Shown here: positions 62,101 through 64,000 of the stretch, piece after piece
Position numbering within the stretch: position 1 is the stretch's first letter
Layout of the letters: every line of letters starts with the position of its first letter
NCBI RefSeq assembly: GCF_009914755.1
Contig: NC_060933.1
Length of the DNA: 64,000 bases
Strand: one strand, 5' to 3'
Source of the DNA: the human T2T-CHM13v2.0 reference genome, Homo sapiens
The notes under the pieces: generated by a model
Databases searched by the model: none
Told to the model about the DNA's origin: nothing
Seen by the model: only the letters and a program-made list of their open reading frames with translations
Made by a program: the position numbers and the translations under genes

Positions 62101-64000
62101 GGAGCCTAGAGAAGAGTTAGATCACCTGGGTGATCAGTGCAGAGATACGTCACAATAACCCCTGTAGGTGGAGCCTAGACAAGAGTTACATCACCTGAGT
62201 GATCAGTACAGAAATATGTCACAAAGCCGCTGTAGGCCAAGCCTAGACAAGGGTTACATCTCCTGGGTGATCAGTGCAGAAATATGTCAGAAATCCCTGT
62301 AGGCCGACCCAAGACAAGAGTTACATCTCCTGGGTGATCAGTGCAAAGATATGTCACAAAGCCCCCTGCAGACATATCCCAGAAAATTGGTACATCACCT
62401 GGGCGATCAGTGGAGATATCTGTCACAATCCCCTTTAGGCGCAGCTTAGAGAAGCGTTACATCAGATGACTGATCAGTGCAGAGATATGTCGCTGTGCCC
62501 CCATAGGCAGATCCAAGACAGGAGTCCATCACCTGGCTGATCAGTGCAGAAATATGTCACAATGCCGCCAGTAGGCAGATAAAGACAAGTATTACATCAC
62601 CTGTGTGATCACTTCAGAGATATGTCAAAATGCCCCTGTAGGCATAGCCTAGACAAGAGTCTCATCACCTGGGTGATCAGTGCAGAGTTATGTCACAATG
62701 CCTCCCTTTGGCAGAGCCTAGACAAAGGTTACATCACCTGGGTGATTGGGGCAGTGACATGTCACAATGCCACCTGTAAGCAGATCCCAGACACTAGTGG
62801 CATAACCTCGGTGATCAGTGCAGAGATATGTCTCAAAACACCCTGTCGGGGAAGCCTATACAAGAGTTACATAATATCGGTGATCGGTGCAGTGATATGT
62901 TAACATGCCCCTGAAGGCAGAGCCTAGACAAGAGTTACATCACCTGGGTGATCCGTGCAGAGATATCTCACAATAACCCTGTAAGCAGAGCCAAGACAAC
63001 AGTTACATCACCAGCGAGATAAGTGCAGAGATATGTCATAAATCTCAAAGAAGGCAAAGCCTAGACAAGTTTTACATCACCTCAGCGAGCAGTGCAGCGA
63101 TATTTCCCAATGTCCCTCTAGGCAGAGCTTAGACAAGAGTCACATGTCCTGGGTGATCAGTGCAGAGATAAGTAACAATGCCTCCATAGGAAGAGCCTAG
63201 ACAAGAGTTACCTAACCCAGGTGATCCGAACAGAGTGATGTCACAACGCCCTCTGTAGGCACAGACTAGAAAACCGTTACATCACCTGGGTGATCATCGC
63301 AGAGATATGTCACAATGCCCCCTGTAGGCAGAGCATAGACAAGAGTTGCACCACCTGGGTAATCAGTGCAGAGATATGTCACAATTTGCCCTGTAGTCAG
63401 AGCATAGAGAAACGTTGCATCACCTGGGTGATCAGTGCAGAGATATGTCACAATGTCCCCTGTAGGCAAAGGCTAGGCCGAGGGTTACATCGCGTTTGTC
63501 ATCAGTGCAGGGATATGTGAAAACGACCCTGGAAGCAGGGCTTAGGCGACTGTTATATCCCCTAATGATCGGTGCAGAGATATTTCACAATACTCCTGTA
63601 GGCAGATCCTAGTCAAGAGTTGAATCACCTGGGTGGTCAGTGCAGAGATATGTCACAAAGCTCCTGTAGGCAGAACTTAGATGAGTTACATCACTTGGGT
63701 GATCAGGGCAAAGCTATGTCACACAGCCCACTGTATGCAAAGCCTAGACAATATTTACATCACTTACTTGGGTGATCAGTGGCGAGATCTCTTACAATTC
63801 CCCTGTAGGCAGAGCTTATACAACAGTTTCATCACCTGAGTGATCAGTGCAGAGGTATGTCACAATGCCCCCATAGGCAGATCCAAGACAAGAGTCCGTC
63901 ACCTGGGTGATCAGAGTAGAGATATGTGAGAATTCCCGTGTAGGCAGAGCCTCGACAAGTTTTACATAACCTAGGTTATCAGTGCCACTATAAATCATAA
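53160..64000 (+). repeat. HOR subfamily A block (3'); near-identical 2,596-bp units from ~53820
   Basis: A-type words return. Identical ORF translations occur at 53950/56546/59142/61738 and at 54834/57430/60026/62622 with an exact 2,596-bp period. Confidence 0.92.

Larger units (their letters stand above)
1..64000 (+). repeat. Beta satellite (68-bp Sau3A / BSR-Beta) tandem array, single orientation, continuing beyond both window edges
   Basis: The core ATCACCTGGGTGATCAGTGCAGAGATATGTCACAA...CCTGTAGGCAGAGCCTAGACAAGAGTTAC recurs about every 68 bp across the whole window, and most monomers carry a GATC (Sau3A) site. The consensus matches the human beta-satellite monomer as I know it. Species and chromosome cannot be read from the sequence alone. 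Confidence 0.97.

Noticed and set aside
956-63998. About 130 short Cys/His-rich ORFs with a ~23-aa repeat (ITWVISAEICHN.PCRQS), superficially like zinc-finger or repeat proteins
   Set aside because: They are translations of runs of 69-bp monomers. They occur on both strands and in overlapping frames, are at most 121 aa, recur at the HOR period and are freely broken by indels and stops. There is no C2H2 spacing or TGEKP linker.
1-64000. CRISPR-like look: a conserved, partly palindromic ~36-bp core alternating with a more variable ~32-bp part
   Set aside because: The variable parts are homologous to one another and recur every 38 monomers, so they are not unique spacers. There are no cas genes or leader, and the sequence is recognisably beta satellite.
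1-64000. Alpha satellite, CENP-B boxes or HSat2/3
   Set aside because: The period is 68 bp rather than 171 bp. I saw no CENP-B box and no (CATTC)n tracts.
1-64000. D4Z4/DUX4, LSau, Alu or L1 sequence, which often accompanies beta satellite
   Set aside because: There is no GC-rich block, poly(A) tail or non-satellite interruption, and unit-to-unit spacings leave no room for an insertion.
1-64000. Inversion or strand switch within the array
   Set aside because: The core reads in the same orientation throughout. Minus-strand ORFs are just antisense readings of the same monomers.

Overview
All 64 kb is one uninterrupted, single-orientation tandem array of hominoid (human-type) beta satellite (68-bp Sau3A family, RepeatMasker class BSR/Beta). 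The monomer consensus is about GATCAGTGCAGAGATATGTCACAATGCCCCTGTAGGCAGAGCCTAGACAAGAGTTACATCACCTGGGT. I see no genes, RNA genes, transposon insertions or CRISPR arrays; the ORFs are by-products of the repeat. Monomers form a 38-mer higher-order repeat (HOR) of about 2,594 bp, with 24 complete units and one partial unit. Three units are structural variants (52-mer, 37-mer, 30-mer) whose junctions fall in the conserved monomer core. Two HOR subfamilies are arranged A-B-A-B-A. There are overlapping two-unit (5.19 kb) and one-unit tandem duplications, a very young homogeneous 2,596-bp expansion at the 3' end, and local mutation clusters, one straddling a deletion junction. I found no evidence for a novel gene system; the interest is the readable record of satellite turnover. 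Monomer labels m1-m38 are mine, with m1 starting at ACATCACCTGTGTGATCACTT. All alignments were done by eye.
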